A stretch of 63,297 nucleotides of DNA, taken from NCBI GenBank assembly GCA_002411175.1, contig DHRN01000039.1:1-63297 (forward strand), in the 5' to 3' direction. Below the pieces are notes generated by a model. It was not told the DNA's origin and searched no databases. It saw only the letters and a program-made list of their open reading frames with translations. Source of the stretch: Anaerolineaceae bacterium UBA5311 (lineage in GTDB: Bacteria > Chloroflexota > Anaerolineae > Anaerolineales > Anaerolineaceae). The position numbers and the translations under genes were made by a program. The first letter of the stretch is position 1. Each line of letters begins with the position of its first letter. Below are positions 25,797 to 36,143 of the stretch, one piece after another.

Positions 25797-27626
25797 CTAA
25801 GATTCTTCGTTTTGTTGTGCGGATTGGGTGCGAGTGGAGGAATTAAAGCGGAAGAGCAAGCTGCCGAAATGGACCAGGTCGGCATGCTGTAAGCTTGTGC
25901 CGTGGGCGCTGACAGGTTTAAAATTGACATAGGTGCCGGACGTGGAGTTGAAATCTGTAATTCGGATGCGTCCATCGGGAAAAAAATGGATTTCCGCGTG
26001 CAGTGGTTCCAGCATGGCATCATCCAACACCAGGTTAGCCAGCGAGGGGTCACGACCGATCAGGGTGATCTCCTTGATGAGCGGGTATGGCTTTTCGGCT
26101 GACGGGGTTTGATCGGGGTCGAGTTTCATCAGGCTGCCGTAACTCCTGACAGCTGTATATGACAGGCTCGGCAAAGCTTCTTCCGAATTTTCTTCAGCCT
26201 TGGCTGGGACTGCCTGGTCGGATTTGGGGGGCTTTTTGCGCGGTCTGATTATAAAAATCAAGGCAACCAAACCTGATAACAGGAGCAAACCCATCCAAAG
26301 CAAGGGATTGGTTAACCAGCCATCAGATAAGGCATTTTCAGGTTTGAATACATTGAGACCAATCGTGTGGATGGGAGTTCTGCCCTGTAAACCCAAGTCA
26401 TCATTCACGCGAACTTCAAGACGCAGCTTTTCTTCTTGCGTGTAGTCATTCAGATCGATTACAAAACTACCATAAGGAGGCGATTGATTGGTCTGCACCC
26501 GGTCTCCATTTACAAAAAGGGTTGAACTGATAATCGACCGCGGGTAGCCATCCGGAAACTCGATTAATACTTCGACAGGAAGCGCTGGCGGGGTAACTGA
26601 GTCGTTTTCGTCCTGGAGCAGATCAAGAGATTCAGGTGGATTGACAAAACTGAGCCGGGTTGGCTCAACTGTCAATTCGAGCTGGGCTGGGGCAGAACGT
26701 AATACCCTATCGGTCGCCAGGGCGAGCTCAACGGCGAGATCAAAACTGCCACTTTCGCGGATTTCAGATTGATAGGTGACAACGAAGTTTTCACCTTTGC
26801 CTTCAAGATAAACGTTTGGATCGGGCACCGCCTCAACCCCCGTGAAAGCAGCAAGCGTTCCACCAGTGGCGAGTAAGGCTTCCTGCATGTTGGTCTCATA
26901 AGAACTGCCAAGCATAGAGGGGGACATGACAATCCAGGTGTGCATCGACACGTTAATTGCGGCTGCCCGATCTACCAGGCTGAAAAAATCGGGCAGGAGG
27001 GTGGGATGAAGGTAAGGAGTAATGTAAACCAATACCGTATCGAGAGAGCTGGTGGAGGTTTCGAGCGCACTGATTGCCTCCTCAAGGCTATCGAGTGAGG
27101 AAACCAGATTGTTCCCATCTATTGAGTAAGCATCAATTGCATTAACCCAGGCATCGTATCCGGGAATTTCGATTTGAGCGATATCCGGGTTGATGTGAAG
27201 GCTGTAAAGGTTCACATCAGGATTTTCGAGATCAGGACCGATCGATTTTATTGCCTTAATCATGTCGTCATAGTACTGCAGCCCATTTGGCCAATGCAGC
27301 CTGAGTGAGCTCTCGGGGTTAATGACCAGGGAAAAATGCACGCCCTTGTAACTTCTTTCAACCATATCTGGTTGGATGAGCTGCCCGTCTTCAAAGATGG
27401 TAACGCTGTCTGTTGTTGGGTGGATACTGCCTGTAAGGTTTTTGCCAGAGAACCCGATAGTGATATCGGGGAAGTTTCGGCTGTCAATTTCGGTAATCAG
27501 GACCGTGGGCTCAGGTGGCTGGGCAAAAACCGAATTTGGCACCAGCAAAAGTAACAAAATCAGGATGCAAACAATAGCCCCAATCCCCTTCTTCGTTATT
27601 GCAGGTCGATACTCTTTAAACATCAA
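25797..27626 (-). CDS. Single-pass membrane protein with large N-terminal extracytoplasmic region and C-terminal cytoplasmic FHA domain
   Basis: Signal/TM GAIVCILILLLLLVP, mid TM LLWMGLLLLSGLVALIFII, C-terminal ITLIGRDPS...LHAEIHF...ITDFNSTSGTYVN (FHA). Confidence 0.75.
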   Translation of the reverse strand: MMFKEYRPAITKKGIGAIVCILILLLLLVPNSVFAQPPEPTVLITEIDSRNFPDITIGFSGKNLTGSIHPTTDSVTIFEDGQLIQPDMVERSYKGVHFSLVINPESSLRLHWPNGLQYYDDMIKAIKSIGPDLENPDVNLYSLHINPDIAQIEIPGYDAWVNAIDAYSIDGNNLVSSLDSLEEAISALETSTSSLDTVLVYITPYLHPTLLPDFFSLVDRAAAINVSMHTWIVMSPSMLGSSYETNMQEALLATGGTLAAFTGVEAVPDPNVYLEGKGENFVVTYQSEIRESGSFDLAVELALATDRVLRSAPAQLELTVEPTRLSFVNPPESLDLLQDENDSVTPPALPVEVLIEFPDGYPRSIISSTLFVNGDRVQTNQSPPYGSFVIDLNDYTQEEKLRLEVRVNDDLGLQGRTPIHTIGLNVFKPENALSDGWLTNPLLWMGLLLLSGLVALIFIIRPRKKPPKSDQAVPAKAEENSEEALPSLSYTAVRSYGSLMKLDPDQTPSAEKPYPLIKEITLIGRDPSLANLVLDDAMLEPLHAEIHFFPDGRIRITDFNSTSGTYVNFKPVSAHGTSLQHADLVHFGSLLFRFNSSTRTQSAQQNEES

Positions 27627-27682
27627 TATTTCTGAACATCCAGGTAATCAGTTAATTAGTATTCAATTTTACGTGAAAAATG

Positions 27683-28510
27683 TCAATCGATCAGACCAAT
27701 ATGCTTAAAAGCTTTCCACAAGCCATCATCTGTGACATGGTCGGTGATGTGATCGGCAACGGCTTTGAGCCGGGGGTCGGCATTACCCATGGCAACTCCG
27801 ACGCCGGAGGTAGCAACCATTTCGATATCATTGTCCGCATCACCAAAGCTATAAGCATCTTCCAACGGCTTTCCAAGGTGCTGCATAACAAACTCGACTG
27901 CCTTACCCTTGCTGGTTCCATCCTGGAAGATATCGGCGAAACCTTTCTTCCGGGAGGTCATATTCCATAAGCCCATGGTCAGATCAGGTTTGATTACCTC
28001 CCAGAGCTGATCAACATCGATATTATCAGTGAGAACCACACAGATTTTGTTGACATCCACCTGCCAATTGGTATTGTCAAAAGTTGTGCTGGGGAACACC
28101 CGGGTGGTCCAATCACGTGCCTCTTCCACGCTTAAGTCCAATAAACTGGCGAGGGAGGTCAGGTAATTGTGATTGGCATAAAGGGTATGATTGTTTTCTG
28201 CAAAAAAGCCGCCCTCAATTGCTTCAAGGTGGTTGATCACCTTCATAACCATCTCCTCTGACATGGGGCGGTGGAACAATTTCTGTCCGTCTTCCTCGAT
28301 GTAAATCCCGTTTCCTCCGATGAACCCATCGAATTCAAGGTCCCAGATTGCTTGATAAACCTGGCAGCGGCTGCGCCCGGTGTTGATATATAGCTTGTGT
28401 CCTCTCGCTTTTGCTTTCTGAATTGCCTCAACGGCGGACTCCGGAACTTTTAGGGAACGATCTATCAGCGTCCCGTCAATATCCAGAAAAATTACTTTAT
28501 CTGTTAACAT
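27683..28510 (-). CDS. Cof-type HAD-IIB phosphatase
   Basis: FLDIDGTL, NTGR, GDADNDIEM motifs. Confidence 0.85.
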   Translation of the reverse strand: MLTDKVIFLDIDGTLIDRSLKVPESAVEAIQKAKARGHKLYINTGRSRCQVYQAIWDLEFDGFIGGNGIYIEEDGQKLFHRPMSEEMVMKVINHLEAIEGGFFAENNHTLYANHNYLTSLASLLDLSVEEARDWTTRVFPSTTFDNTNWQVDVNKICVVLTDNIDVDQLWEVIKPDLTMGLWNMTSRKKGFADIFQDGTSKGKAVEFVMQHLGKPLEDAYSFGDADNDIEMVATSGVGVAMGNADPRLKAVADHITDHVTDDGLWKAFKHIGLID

Positions 28511-28543
28511 TTTTCACCATTGCCGGCATCTGCCGGTTATTTA

Positions 28544-28852
28544 TTATTGCTGGTCCTCTTTGGCGACGTAAATATCAGAATATTCCCCTGTCGTCGAAAG
28601 TACACGTTCAGCATATGGGCAGAAAGCCCCTAATTTTACACCAGCTTCGCGCGCTTCTGCGACGACTCGTGCCACCAGTTCCCGGGCAATTCCAGCACCG
28701 CGATAATCGGGATTGACTTCAGTGTGATCAACAATCCAAAGCTCGCCTTCACTGTGATATTTAATTTCACCAACCTTTTCGTCGGACTCGTTTTTCGCCA
28801 GGATCTGTTCATGCTCCGGGTCGGAATGATAGGTAATATTATATTCAGGCAT
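28544..28852 (-). CDS. Small GNAT-family N-acetyltransferase (YjdJ-type)
   Basis: 102 aa. HTEVNPDYRGAGIARELV...GVKLGAFCPYA. Confidence 0.7.
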   Translation of the reverse strand: MPEYNITYHSDPEHEQILAKNESDEKVGEIKYHSEGELWIVDHTEVNPDYRGAGIARELVARVVAEAREAGVKLGAFCPYAERVLSTTGEYSDIYVAKEDQQ

Positions 28853-28877
28853 ATCGTCTCCTACTAATTAACAGAGG

Positions 28878-29627
28878 CTATTTTGCCTTGCCCTGGTTGG
28901 CTACGGCTTGCATCTGGGCTTTAATCGCTTCCGGGTCTCCGAGGTAGCATTTGTTTATCACGTTGAAATCGTGATCAAATTCGTAAACCAGCGGGACGCC
29001 GGTGGGTATATTTACGCCAACAATTTCTTCTTCGCTGAGCTGATCGAAGGTTTTTACCATGGCACGCAACGAGTTGCCATGCGCAACGACCACAACGCGT
29101 TTACCAGCCAGCATATCGGGCTTGATCACTTCTTCGAAATATGGCATGGTACGTTCGACGGTTATGGCAAGGCTTTCGGTGAGCGGAAGAACGGATTTGT
29201 CTTCGGTCTCACGGTATTGGGCTTGAACGCGTGGGCTGCGTTCGTCATTCTCATCAAGTTCGGGTGGCGGGGTGGCGTAGGAGCGGCGCCAGATAAGCAC
29301 CTGTTCTTCGCCGTATTTGGCGGCTGTTTCGGCTTTGTTGAGCCCCTGCAGTGCGCCGTAATGCCGTTCGTTGAGCTTCCACGATTTGACCACGGGCAGC
29401 CAGGAGCGATCCATCTCGTCGAGGACGATATCCAGCGTATGGATGGCTCGCTTGAGATAGGAGGTGTAACAGATATCGAAGTCGTAACCCTGTTCCTTAA
29501 GCAGCTTACCGCCGTTGGCGGCTTCTTCGCGCCCTTGGTCGGTCAGCTCCACATCGGTCCAGCCGGTAAAGAGGTTGAGCTTGTTCCATTCACTTTCGCC
29601 GTGCCTGATCAAAACTAATTTCATCAT
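28878..29627 (-). CDS. gpmA: 2,3-bisphosphoglycerate-dependent phosphoglycerate mutase
   Basis: [35 protein letters not shown]. Confidence 0.9.
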   Translation of the reverse strand: MMKLVLIRHGESEWNKLNLFTGWTDVELTDQGREEAANGGKLLKEQGYDFDICYTSYLKRAIHTLDIVLDEMDRSWLPVVKSWKLNERHYGALQGLNKAETAAKYGEEQVLIWRRSYATPPPELDENDERSPRVQAQYRETEDKSVLPLTESLAITVERTMPYFEEVIKPDMLAGKRVVVVAHGNSLRAMVKTFDQLSEEEIVGVNIPTGVPLVYEFDHDFNVINKCYLGDPEAIKAQMQAVANQGKAK

Positions 29628-29729
29628 TTTTATGCTCCTGTTTTTTTAATTACTTAAAATTATAAATAATTAAAGACCACTTATGATAAACCGAATTACG
29701 ATTTTCTTGCAATCTATCCTATTCATTGA

Positions 29730-31475
29730 CTAAGCAGATTCAAGCAATAAGTTTTCTGATTCAAGATAACAGATAAACTTATCAATGATTTGTTTGTTTC
29801 TTTCTAAAAGGTCTTCTTCTTGAAAATCATCTTTCTGTGTTAAGTAATCATATTCAGCAATGATACTCTTTTGATGCACCTTACCGTTAGCATCAGTATA
29901 ACCGAGATAATATCTTTTTTTGTCAGAAAACCTATAATCAGACGCACGGATATTGATTGACTTTTCTAATAAGATTTTATTCCCGAGCTCTTCTAATTTG
30001 TCTTGGTTACTCAGTTTTATTTCCTTATTGTGACGTTCTTTGGCATAAATATGTTCAATGTCAAAACCAGTACCATTACTTGGACGTAATTGCTCTTCAA
30101 ACGTAAATGCATACCAAGTAATAATGGAACGAGTCACAGTCCTATTGTTGGTGAACTTATAATTTAAAATTACATTATTGAGATGCTCTCGATCAAACTT
30201 AAATTCCGAAAAATCAATTGCTTGGTTATTTTGCACTTTTATCATTTCTGCATAAATGGGTGTGCGAAGGGCGTTAACACCAGGATTTGTTAGGGCATAG
30301 GCATAAATAAAAGCAGTAGTTTTTGATAAGAAAGCGTCGAAATCTGCATCGTCTAAATTCTCGTCTTCATCTTTATTAACCATAAAATACACAGATGTGA
30401 AATATTCCCACATACCATTAGGAGCATACTTTAGGACGAATAATTTTTTCAGAACACTTTCAGAAAACTTGGTAACATCCTGATCATAAACAGCTCCCCA
30501 AAAATCAATAAGACTTAATAAATTTGGAATGGTGTTATCTCTTAATAATCGACTGTACTTATTGGCTCCAAAAAATTTCCGGAGAGCCTCGGTTGTTGAC
30601 GATCTGTTCCCTTCTGAAGACCGAATGTAATACATATACTTGGTAAATAATTCATCCATAGGAGTTCCAAAAATAGGATTGAATATCCGTTCCGACTTAA
30701 CTGACAATTCCTTCCAATCATCAATGAATTCGGATTTAGCTCCTTTTTTCTCATAATACTTGTAAAATTGGGCTTTGAAGATATCTGCATCTGCCAAAGG
30801 CATTCCTCTATCATTTAAGGTGGAGAATATCCGTAAAGCTGTATCCTGTGAGTCCGCTTCAATAGGCAAGAGAATACAATTATTTAATATTCTTGCTGGA
30901 AAGTAAGGTAGATATGAAGCATAATTGTCAATAAATAAATCAATGTTCTTTTGGAAAAAATGATAGTTCTTGGCGTACCTGCTATTCATTTTATTTTCAG
31001 AATTTCCTGTTTTTAGTATCGATAAGAATTCCTCTTTATCATCGTCTGTTGCGACTTCAGAATCGATCTTTAGATGCTCATTATCTGCATTCCCAAATTC
31101 ATTTGTTTGCCAGATGCATTGAGATATTATGTTTCGTGTGTCGATGGAGGGCTTATCTTGCATGCGCTCGAATCTATCGTAAAAAGCCCTCAGTAGGAGT
31201 AATATTGTCGTTAAACGTTGTTGCCCATCTATGACTTCCAATTGTCTATTTGCGTTCTTATACGTTACTATAGCACCAAGAAAGTATTCGTCATTGGTGT
31301 TAAAAGCGTCTTTATTTCCATCAGGGAACGCAAATGTAAAAATGTCGTCCCAAAGGGTCTGGCATTCTTCCTCTTCCCAACCATAAGGTCTTTGATAATC
31401 CGGGATAAGGAAATTTGCCGATTTATCCGTAAATAGATCTTTTATTGTTTTTTGATCAACACTTAACTTGCTCAC
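29730..31475 (-). CDS. DUF262/DUF1524 fusion protein (GmrSD-type candidate type IV restriction/defence nuclease)
   Basis: N-terminal IPDYQRPYGW and DGQQRLTT (DUF262/ParB-like). C-terminal FDIEHIYAKE...LGNKILLEKSIN (DUF1524 His-Me finger). The gene and its flanks are conspicuously AT-rich relative to neighbours. Confidence 0.85.
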   Translation of the reverse strand: MSKLSVDQKTIKDLFTDKSANFLIPDYQRPYGWEEEECQTLWDDIFTFAFPDGNKDAFNTNDEYFLGAIVTYKNANRQLEVIDGQQRLTTILLLLRAFYDRFERMQDKPSIDTRNIISQCIWQTNEFGNADNEHLKIDSEVATDDDKEEFLSILKTGNSENKMNSRYAKNYHFFQKNIDLFIDNYASYLPYFPARILNNCILLPIEADSQDTALRIFSTLNDRGMPLADADIFKAQFYKYYEKKGAKSEFIDDWKELSVKSERIFNPIFGTPMDELFTKYMYYIRSSEGNRSSTTEALRKFFGANKYSRLLRDNTIPNLLSLIDFWGAVYDQDVTKFSESVLKKLFVLKYAPNGMWEYFTSVYFMVNKDEDENLDDADFDAFLSKTTAFIYAYALTNPGVNALRTPIYAEMIKVQNNQAIDFSEFKFDREHLNNVILNYKFTNNRTVTRSIITWYAFTFEEQLRPSNGTGFDIEHIYAKERHNKEIKLSNQDKLEELGNKILLEKSINIRASDYRFSDKKRYYLGYTDANGKVHQKSIIAEYDYLTQKDDFQEEDLLERNKQIIDKFICYLESENLLLESA

Positions 31476-31544
31476 AATTTATAAACCTTTCAATTTATCT
31501 CTAACAATTCCAGCCCCGCTTTGTCTAAAAGCTGTAAATTCTAT

Positions 31545-33107
31545 CTATTCCCATTCAATCGTTGCCGGGGGTTTGGAGCTAATATCGTAGACCACGCGGT
31601 TGACGCCTGCGACCTCGTTAACAATGCGGTTGCTGACGCTTGCCAGCAGGTCCTGGGGCAGGCGAGCCCAGTCGGCGGTCATAAAATCGACCGAGGTAAC
31701 CGCGCGCAATACAATCGTCTCGGCATAGGTGCGCTGGTCGCCCATGACGCCAACGCTTTTGACCGGGATCAGGGCAGCAAAAGCCTGCGAGCTGCCCTGC
31801 AGGTGTCCGTTTTCGTCTTCGCGGATGTGCAGCAGGTCAGCGTTTTTGAGCTCTTCCATGAAAATCGCGTCGGCATGCCGCACAGTTGCCACCCGTTCGG
31901 GGGTTACTTCGCCCAGGCAGCGCACTGCCAAACCCGGACCCGGGAAAGGCTGGCGCCAAACCAACTCAGGCGGAAGATCCAACTCGAGCCCGACGGCGCG
32001 CACTTCGTCTTTGAAGAGCAGACGCAAAGGCTCAACCAGTTTGAAGCGCATGTCTTCCGGTAAACCGGCAACGTTGTGGTGGGTTTTGATGCGGTGGGCT
32101 TCGCTGATGCCGATACCTTTCGATTCGATCACGTCCGGGTAGATTGTGCCTTGCGCCAGAAATTCGAACTCACCGGCTGTTTGCACGGCGCGTTCAAATT
32201 CGCGGACGAACATCTCGCCGATGAATTTGCGCTTTTCTTCCGGGTCGGTGATGCCTTTAAGCCGGGCGAAGTAGCGAGCTGAGGCATCGACCATAACCAG
32301 GCGATCGCCGAGTATGGGGCGAAAAGTGGCTTCGATTTGTTCGGCTTCGCCCTGGCGCATCAGCCCGGTGTCGATGAAAACCGCTGTGACGCGATCACCA
32401 ATAGCGCGCTGTACGAGGGCGGTGGTGATGGCAGAGTCGACACCACCCGAGAGGGCTGAAAGTACACGCCCATTGCCGACCTGCTGGCGGATTTGCTGGA
32501 TGCTCTCGTCGATGATGTTTTTTGAAGTCCAGGCAGGTTTACACCGGCAGATTTTAAGTACGAAATTTTCGAGGATCTCCTGACCATACTGGGTGTGATG
32601 GGTTTCGGGGTGGAACTGGAGACCAAAGCGCAGTTGATCGTAATTTGCCATGGCGGCATAAGGGGTGCTGGAGGTATGGGCAATACCGATGTAGCCATCA
32701 GGGAGTTGGGAAACATGATCGCCGTGCGACATCCATACTTTTTGCTTGCCGGGGTGAAGCAGCGGGTTTTCACCGGGTGCTTCCAGGATGGCGAGCCCAT
32801 ATTCATGGTCGTTGCTTCGGTCTACCTTGCCCCCTGACTGATGGGAGAGCGCCTGCATGCCGTAACAAATGCCGAGGATCGGCAGATCGCTTTTGAGAAT
32901 ATATTCCTGGATGAAGGGCGCGTTTTCGGCATAGATGGACTGCGGTCCTCCGGAGAGGATGATTCCCCTGGTTTCGGGGGTGATCGCCTCAGCATGGCTG
33001 GCTGTCCAGGGGAGCAACTCACAATAAACGTGCATATCACGAATACGCCTGCCGATTAACTGGGTGTATTGAGATCCGAAGTCGATAATTACTATGCGGT
33101 CGCTCAT
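31545..33107 (-). CDS. guaA: GMP synthase (glutamine-hydrolysing)
   Basis: GATase ICYGMQ, ATP-PPase SGGVDS, C-terminal ...KPPATIEWE. Confidence 0.95.
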   Translation of the reverse strand: MSDRIVIIDFGSQYTQLIGRRIRDMHVYCELLPWTASHAEAITPETRGIILSGGPQSIYAENAPFIQEYILKSDLPILGICYGMQALSHQSGGKVDRSNDHEYGLAILEAPGENPLLHPGKQKVWMSHGDHVSQLPDGYIGIAHTSSTPYAAMANYDQLRFGLQFHPETHHTQYGQEILENFVLKICRCKPAWTSKNIIDESIQQIRQQVGNGRVLSALSGGVDSAITTALVQRAIGDRVTAVFIDTGLMRQGEAEQIEATFRPILGDRLVMVDASARYFARLKGITDPEEKRKFIGEMFVREFERAVQTAGEFEFLAQGTIYPDVIESKGIGISEAHRIKTHHNVAGLPEDMRFKLVEPLRLLFKDEVRAVGLELDLPPELVWRQPFPGPGLAVRCLGEVTPERVATVRHADAIFMEELKNADLLHIREDENGHLQGSSQAFAALIPVKSVGVMGDQRTYAETIVLRAVTSVDFMTADWARLPQDLLASVSNRIVNEVAGVNRVVYDISSKPPATIEWE

Positions 33108-33125
33108 GATACCTTCCTGTTGGGG

Positions 33126-33710
33126 TTAGGCTGCGAATTCGTCGGTGAACTCGATTTTTCCATCTTCCATCGAAGAAATCGAGACGAGAGCATGGATGGG
33201 GATACCGAGCGGAGACAAAAGCGTTCTTCCGCCCTCAAAGGTTTTTTCGACAAGTGTGCCGATGCCAACCACTTCGGCGCCGGCAACCTCGGCGAGGCGC
33301 ACGAGCCCGGCGATCGTCGCACCGGAGGCGAGAAAGTCGTCGATGATCAGGATTTTTTCATCTTTGCCCAAATATTCGGGGGAGACGATCAGTTCGGTGC
33401 TGCGACCCTTGGTGTGGGATGGGGCAACGGTGATGTAAACTTCGCTGGGCATGGTGACTGGTTTGGTTTTGCGGGCGTAAACGACGGGAAGGTTGAGGTA
33501 CTTGCCTGCCATCAAAGCAGGAGCTATGCCCGAGATTTCGGCAGTGAGGATTTTTCCAGCAGGGGTGTTCGCGAAAAGTCGGGCAAATTCTTTGCCGGCT
33601 TCATCCATAAGGGTAGGGTCTACCTGGTGATTGATGAACCTGTCGACCTTAAGAATGCCGTTGCCGAGGTTTTTTCCGTCGGTCAGTATGCGTTGTTTTA
33701 GTAATTCCAA
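33126..33710 (-). CDS. xpt: Xanthine phosphoribosyltransferase
   Basis: MELLKQRILTDG...ILKVD.FINHQVDP, PRPP loop ILIIDDFLASG. Confidence 0.9.
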   Translation of the reverse strand: MELLKQRILTDGKNLGNGILKVDRFINHQVDPTLMDEAGKEFARLFANTPAGKILTAEISGIAPALMAGKYLNLPVVYARKTKPVTMPSEVYITVAPSHTKGRSTELIVSPEYLGKDEKILIIDDFLASGATIAGLVRLAEVAGAEVVGIGTLVEKTFEGGRTLLSPLGIPIHALVSISSMEDGKIEFTDEFAA

Positions 33711-33811
33711 GATTAAGCTCCTTTGTTAGGGTTATGGACACAGCGAGGGATAAAATATGCGTTGATATAAGTTCTGACAGCTGCAATGACAAGGGCGGGC
33801 AACATGGGCAT

Positions 33812-33820
33812 ATTATAACA
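33812..33820 (-). promoter_or_regulatory. Extended -10 promoter element for xpt-guaA
   Basis: The minus strand reads TGtTATAAT, about 100 nt upstream of the xpt ATG. Confidence 0.4.
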
Positions 33821-33861
33821 AGGTTCCCGGGTAAATCTGCGGGAATTCGAAATCGTTATAA

Positions 33862-33887
33862 CAAAAACAGTCTCGATCCGGAGACCT
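33862..33887 (-). terminator. Weak rho-independent terminator after the phzF-like gene
   Basis: Minus strand: ggtctc-cggatc-gagact, followed by gtttttgtt. Confidence 0.4.
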
Positions 33888-33931
33888 TCGTGAACAGCGG
33901 GGAACCAGTTGGAAGACCTTTGCCAACTTTC

Positions 33932-34741
33932 CTATTTCAGCTGCGCCTGTTTGAGCATCTCGCCCTTCAGAACAGTGACGGCTTTGCCTCCGATAAAGGC
34001 GCGATCGTCTGTTAGTCGCAGCCAAACATCGCCGCCCCGTTTGGAAGCCTGGTAAGCGTAGAATTGAGTTTCACCTGTTTTGGCTTGCCAGTAGGGTCCC
34101 AGGACGCAATGCGCCATGCCCGTAACCGGGTCTTCCGGGATGCCTGTCTTGGGGGAGAAGAAGCGGGAAATAAAATCGTGTTTGTTGCCTCCGCCCGAAG
34201 CAGTGATGGCAAAATCGTGTTGACCCAGCTGCGTTATCAAGCCAAAACGAGGCTGAAAGTTACGGACCTCGTCCGCATCCGCTAGTTCGGCGATGAGAAC
34301 GCCATTTTCTGATTCGACCACGGCAACCGGTTCATGTGTGAGGATTTGGGCAAGGATCGCAGGAGCTTCGATTGGGCTAAATTTGAACCGAGGCATACTT
34401 ATCTCGATTGTGCCGCGATTGAACGTTGAGCTGATAATGCCACTGCGCGTATGGAATAAAATAGTCTCATCCGGGTCGTAGAAGCCGACTTCGTAGAGGA
34501 TATGAGCGCTGGCGATGGTGGCATGACCACATAAATCAACCTCGGTAGTGGGGGTGAACCAGCGCAGTTCATAATCCTGCCCTTTAGGGCGAAGAAAGGC
34601 GGTTTCGGACAGGTTGAATTCCTGTGCGACATCCTGCATCCATTGATCATTTCTGTTTTCTTCCAGCAGAACAACCGCGGCAGGGTTGCCTTTAAACGGT
34701 TTGATGGCAAATGCATCAACCTGATAAATTGGATATTTCAT
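33932..34741 (-). CDS. PhzF-family isomerase
   Basis: YQVDAF...FKGNPAAVV, ...ETAF..., CGHAT motifs. 269 aa. Confidence 0.85.
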   Translation of the reverse strand: MKYPIYQVDAFAIKPFKGNPAAVVLLEENRNDQWMQDVAQEFNLSETAFLRPKGQDYELRWFTPTTEVDLCGHATIASAHILYEVGFYDPDETILFHTRSGIISSTFNRGTIEISMPRFKFSPIEAPAILAQILTHEPVAVVESENGVLIAELADADEVRNFQPRFGLITQLGQHDFAITASGGGNKHDFISRFFSPKTGIPEDPVTGMAHCVLGPYWQAKTGETQFYAYQASKRGGDVWLRLTDDRAFIGGKAVTVLKGEMLKQAQLK

Positions 34742-34863
34742 AGTAATCCTCCTAAGGACATACCTGGACTAAGTTTACTCTGATAAGCGGCAGTTTGGGA
34801 ATACCCAAATAGCCAGGTTGGGCATTAAATTGCATGATTTCCTATGCTTGTTATAATGAACCC

Positions 34864-36069
34864 GTGAAAAAGAAAAATGTTTACCTGATCTTGTTGATTT
34901 TTGTATCGCTGATTGCGCGACCGGCATACAAGGCTGTCGACGCGGCAACAAGCAATAGCGAGACCCGCTTCTACGACTTGCCCTTGTGTCTGCCAGGTTA
35001 TTATCCGGGTGACCCCGGGGATTGCCTTCCGCTGGGTCCGTCGGAGACGATTACTGATCTGAAAAACCAGGGTTTTCCATACCCACTGGCTGGATTGCCA
35101 GCCAACAAGCCAGACCCGTCCCTCAGCGACCTGCCGTTAAGAGTGGCAAAGGTTGCCGGAGCTGAGACCAAAATCTATTCCAGCCTCTCGGAGGCAATTG
35201 GTGACAGCGGAACCGTAGTCGGTACGGTTCCTGACGGAGCAAACCGTTATGTCGCCATTATTGAGCAGGCATCGTCAGGTGATCGAACCTTCGTAAGGGT
35301 GCAATCCGGAGGTTGGGTGGAGGCAACGCCGACATATTCGTGGCCTAGATGGCAGGGGCTGGAATTTTTCGCCACACCGAAGAGTAATTTTGGCTGGACG
35401 ATCGATTTTACAGCATCGTACAACGGTCCCAACTTCGCCTCTGGAGTTACCGGTAAAAATTATGAAAAGTATCAATCTTTCCCGGTATATAATATGGTTG
35501 AAGCTGACGGTTACGATTGGTACCAAGTTTCCCCGACTGAATGGATCCCTTCCTGGAAAGCGAGGCAGGTCGTTGTTGATACAGTTACGCCACCTGAGGT
35601 CGAAGGAGGGCGCTGGATTAATATCGATTTGCATAATCAGACCTTGTCTGTTTATGAGGAAAACGAACTGGTCTTTGCCTCAATCATAGCGACAGGCGCG
35701 GGCGAGCTGTATTCTGATCCTGGCACGTATCGTATCTATGAAATGAGAGAGCTGGACCTGATGCAGGGTTCTTATACCGCGGATAAATCTGATTTTTATT
35801 ACTATGAGGCGGTCCCATGGGCGTTGTATTACAACCATACCCAGGCGATTCACGGAATATATTGGCCTGCAACCCTGGGGATCGTCCAGTCACACGGCTG
35901 TGTAAATATGTTCCCCGGTGATGCAAACTGGTTGTTCCACTGGGCTGAAGTTGGAGATTATGTCTATGTACATGACCCTTCGGGTTTGACGCCAATTCCG
36001 ACACCGACCCCGATGGGCACCCCGGCACAGGAGCTTTTTTACCCCACGGCAACCCCACCAGCACCGTAA
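34864..36069 (+). CDS. L,D-transpeptidase (YkuD domain) with N-terminal signal/anchor
   Basis: Catalytic HGIYWP...SHGCVNM. TTGCAT-16-TGtTATAAT (34830-34857) places the ORF-track ATG 34834 inside the promoter, so GTG 34864 (VKKKNVYLILLIF...) is the likely start. Confidence 0.75.
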   Translation: MKKKNVYLILLIFVSLIARPAYKAVDAATSNSETRFYDLPLCLPGYYPGDPGDCLPLGPSETITDLKNQGFPYPLAGLPANKPDPSLSDLPLRVAKVAGAETKIYSSLSEAIGDSGTVVGTVPDGANRYVAIIEQASSGDRTFVRVQSGGWVEATPTYSWPRWQGLEFFATPKSNFGWTIDFTASYNGPNFASGVTGKNYEKYQSFPVYNMVEADGYDWYQVSPTEWIPSWKARQVVVDTVTPPEVEGGRWINIDLHNQTLSVYEENELVFASIIATGAGELYSDPGTYRIYEMRELDLMQGSYTADKSDFYYYEAVPWALYYNHTQAIHGIYWPATLGIVQSHGCVNMFPGDANWLFHWAEVGDYVYVHDPSGLTPIPTPTPMGTPAQELFYPTATPPAP

Positions 36070-36096
36070 GGTTCATGGAAAATTTAATAAAGAAAA

Positions 36097-36126
36097 GCCG
36101 GATTCTAAATTGAATCCGGCATTTGA
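36097..36126. terminator. Bidirectional rho-independent terminator between convergent genes
   Basis: gccggatt (36097-36104) / aatccggc (36113-36120), with an A-rich 5' flank and atttgatt 3' flank. Confidence 0.7.
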
Positions 36127-36143
36127 TTAGCTGTTCTCAGAGT

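Noticed and set aside
29628-31544. Calling the AT-rich GmrSD locus a mobile element
   Set aside because: It has no integrase/transposase, no flanking direct or inverted repeats that I can see, and no adjacent tRNA. I report it only as a compositional island.
33790-33870. Purine riboswitch upstream of xpt
   Set aside because: The minus strand shows ttataac...gttataa enclosing a ttcccg/cgggaa hairpin. The interior is only about 35 nt and lacks the conserved purine-riboswitch junction and loop sequences. The structure also lies upstream of the predicted -10 element, so it is more likely terminator or spacer structure.
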